A DNA stretch of 64,000 nt from Camelus ferus. Taxonomy: Eukaryota. Positions 63,871-64,000 of the stretch are shown here, piece after piece; position 1 is the first letter of the stretch; every line of letters begins with the position of its first letter. The notes beneath the pieces are model-generated. The model saw only the letters and a list, made by a program, of their open reading frames with translations, did no database searches and had not been told where the DNA came from. The DNA lies in contig NC_045696.1 in assembly GCF_009834535.1 (NCBI RefSeq), positions 37,512,001 to 37,576,000 of the forward strand, written 5' to 3'. Position numbers and translations under genes: made by a program.

Positions 63871-64000
63871 ATCTCAGAAGAAATAAACAGCTTTGAGGAG
63901 TATGCTTTTGTCACTAATAGGGAAAAAAAAAAGTCTAAAACAAAATGAAATAGAATTAAGTATTTTAAAAGTCAGTTTTGACCAATAGTAAAAGGAATTT

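Overview
AT-rich, CpG-depleted mammalian genomic DNA with no recognisable host protein-coding exon, rRNA, intact tRNA, CpG island or CRISPR array. The window is dominated by layered transposable-element fossils. Old eutherian families include MIR, L2, MER20, MER58, MLT1/MLT2, LTR16/33/37/41, MER74, MER34, L1MC-type LINEs and three decayed ERVL gag(-pol) remnants. A younger layer consists of 5'-truncated L1 copies, two with clear target-site duplications (a 2.2-kb copy at 32.8-35.1 kb and a 0.5-kb copy at 3.85-4.38 kb), plus a MER41-like LTR. The L1 3'UTR type and the absence of Alu, BovA/BovB, PRE-1, CHR-2 and CanSINE elements suggest a camelid host (inference). Every protein-like ORF I could identify is an L1 ORF1/ORF2 or ERVL gag/pol remnant. 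I found no evidence for a new biological system; the findings concern nested insertions, local duplications and inversions, non-B DNA motifs and candidate regulatory sites. Repeat family names come from recalled consensus sequences rather than a database search, and boundaries of old elements are approximate.
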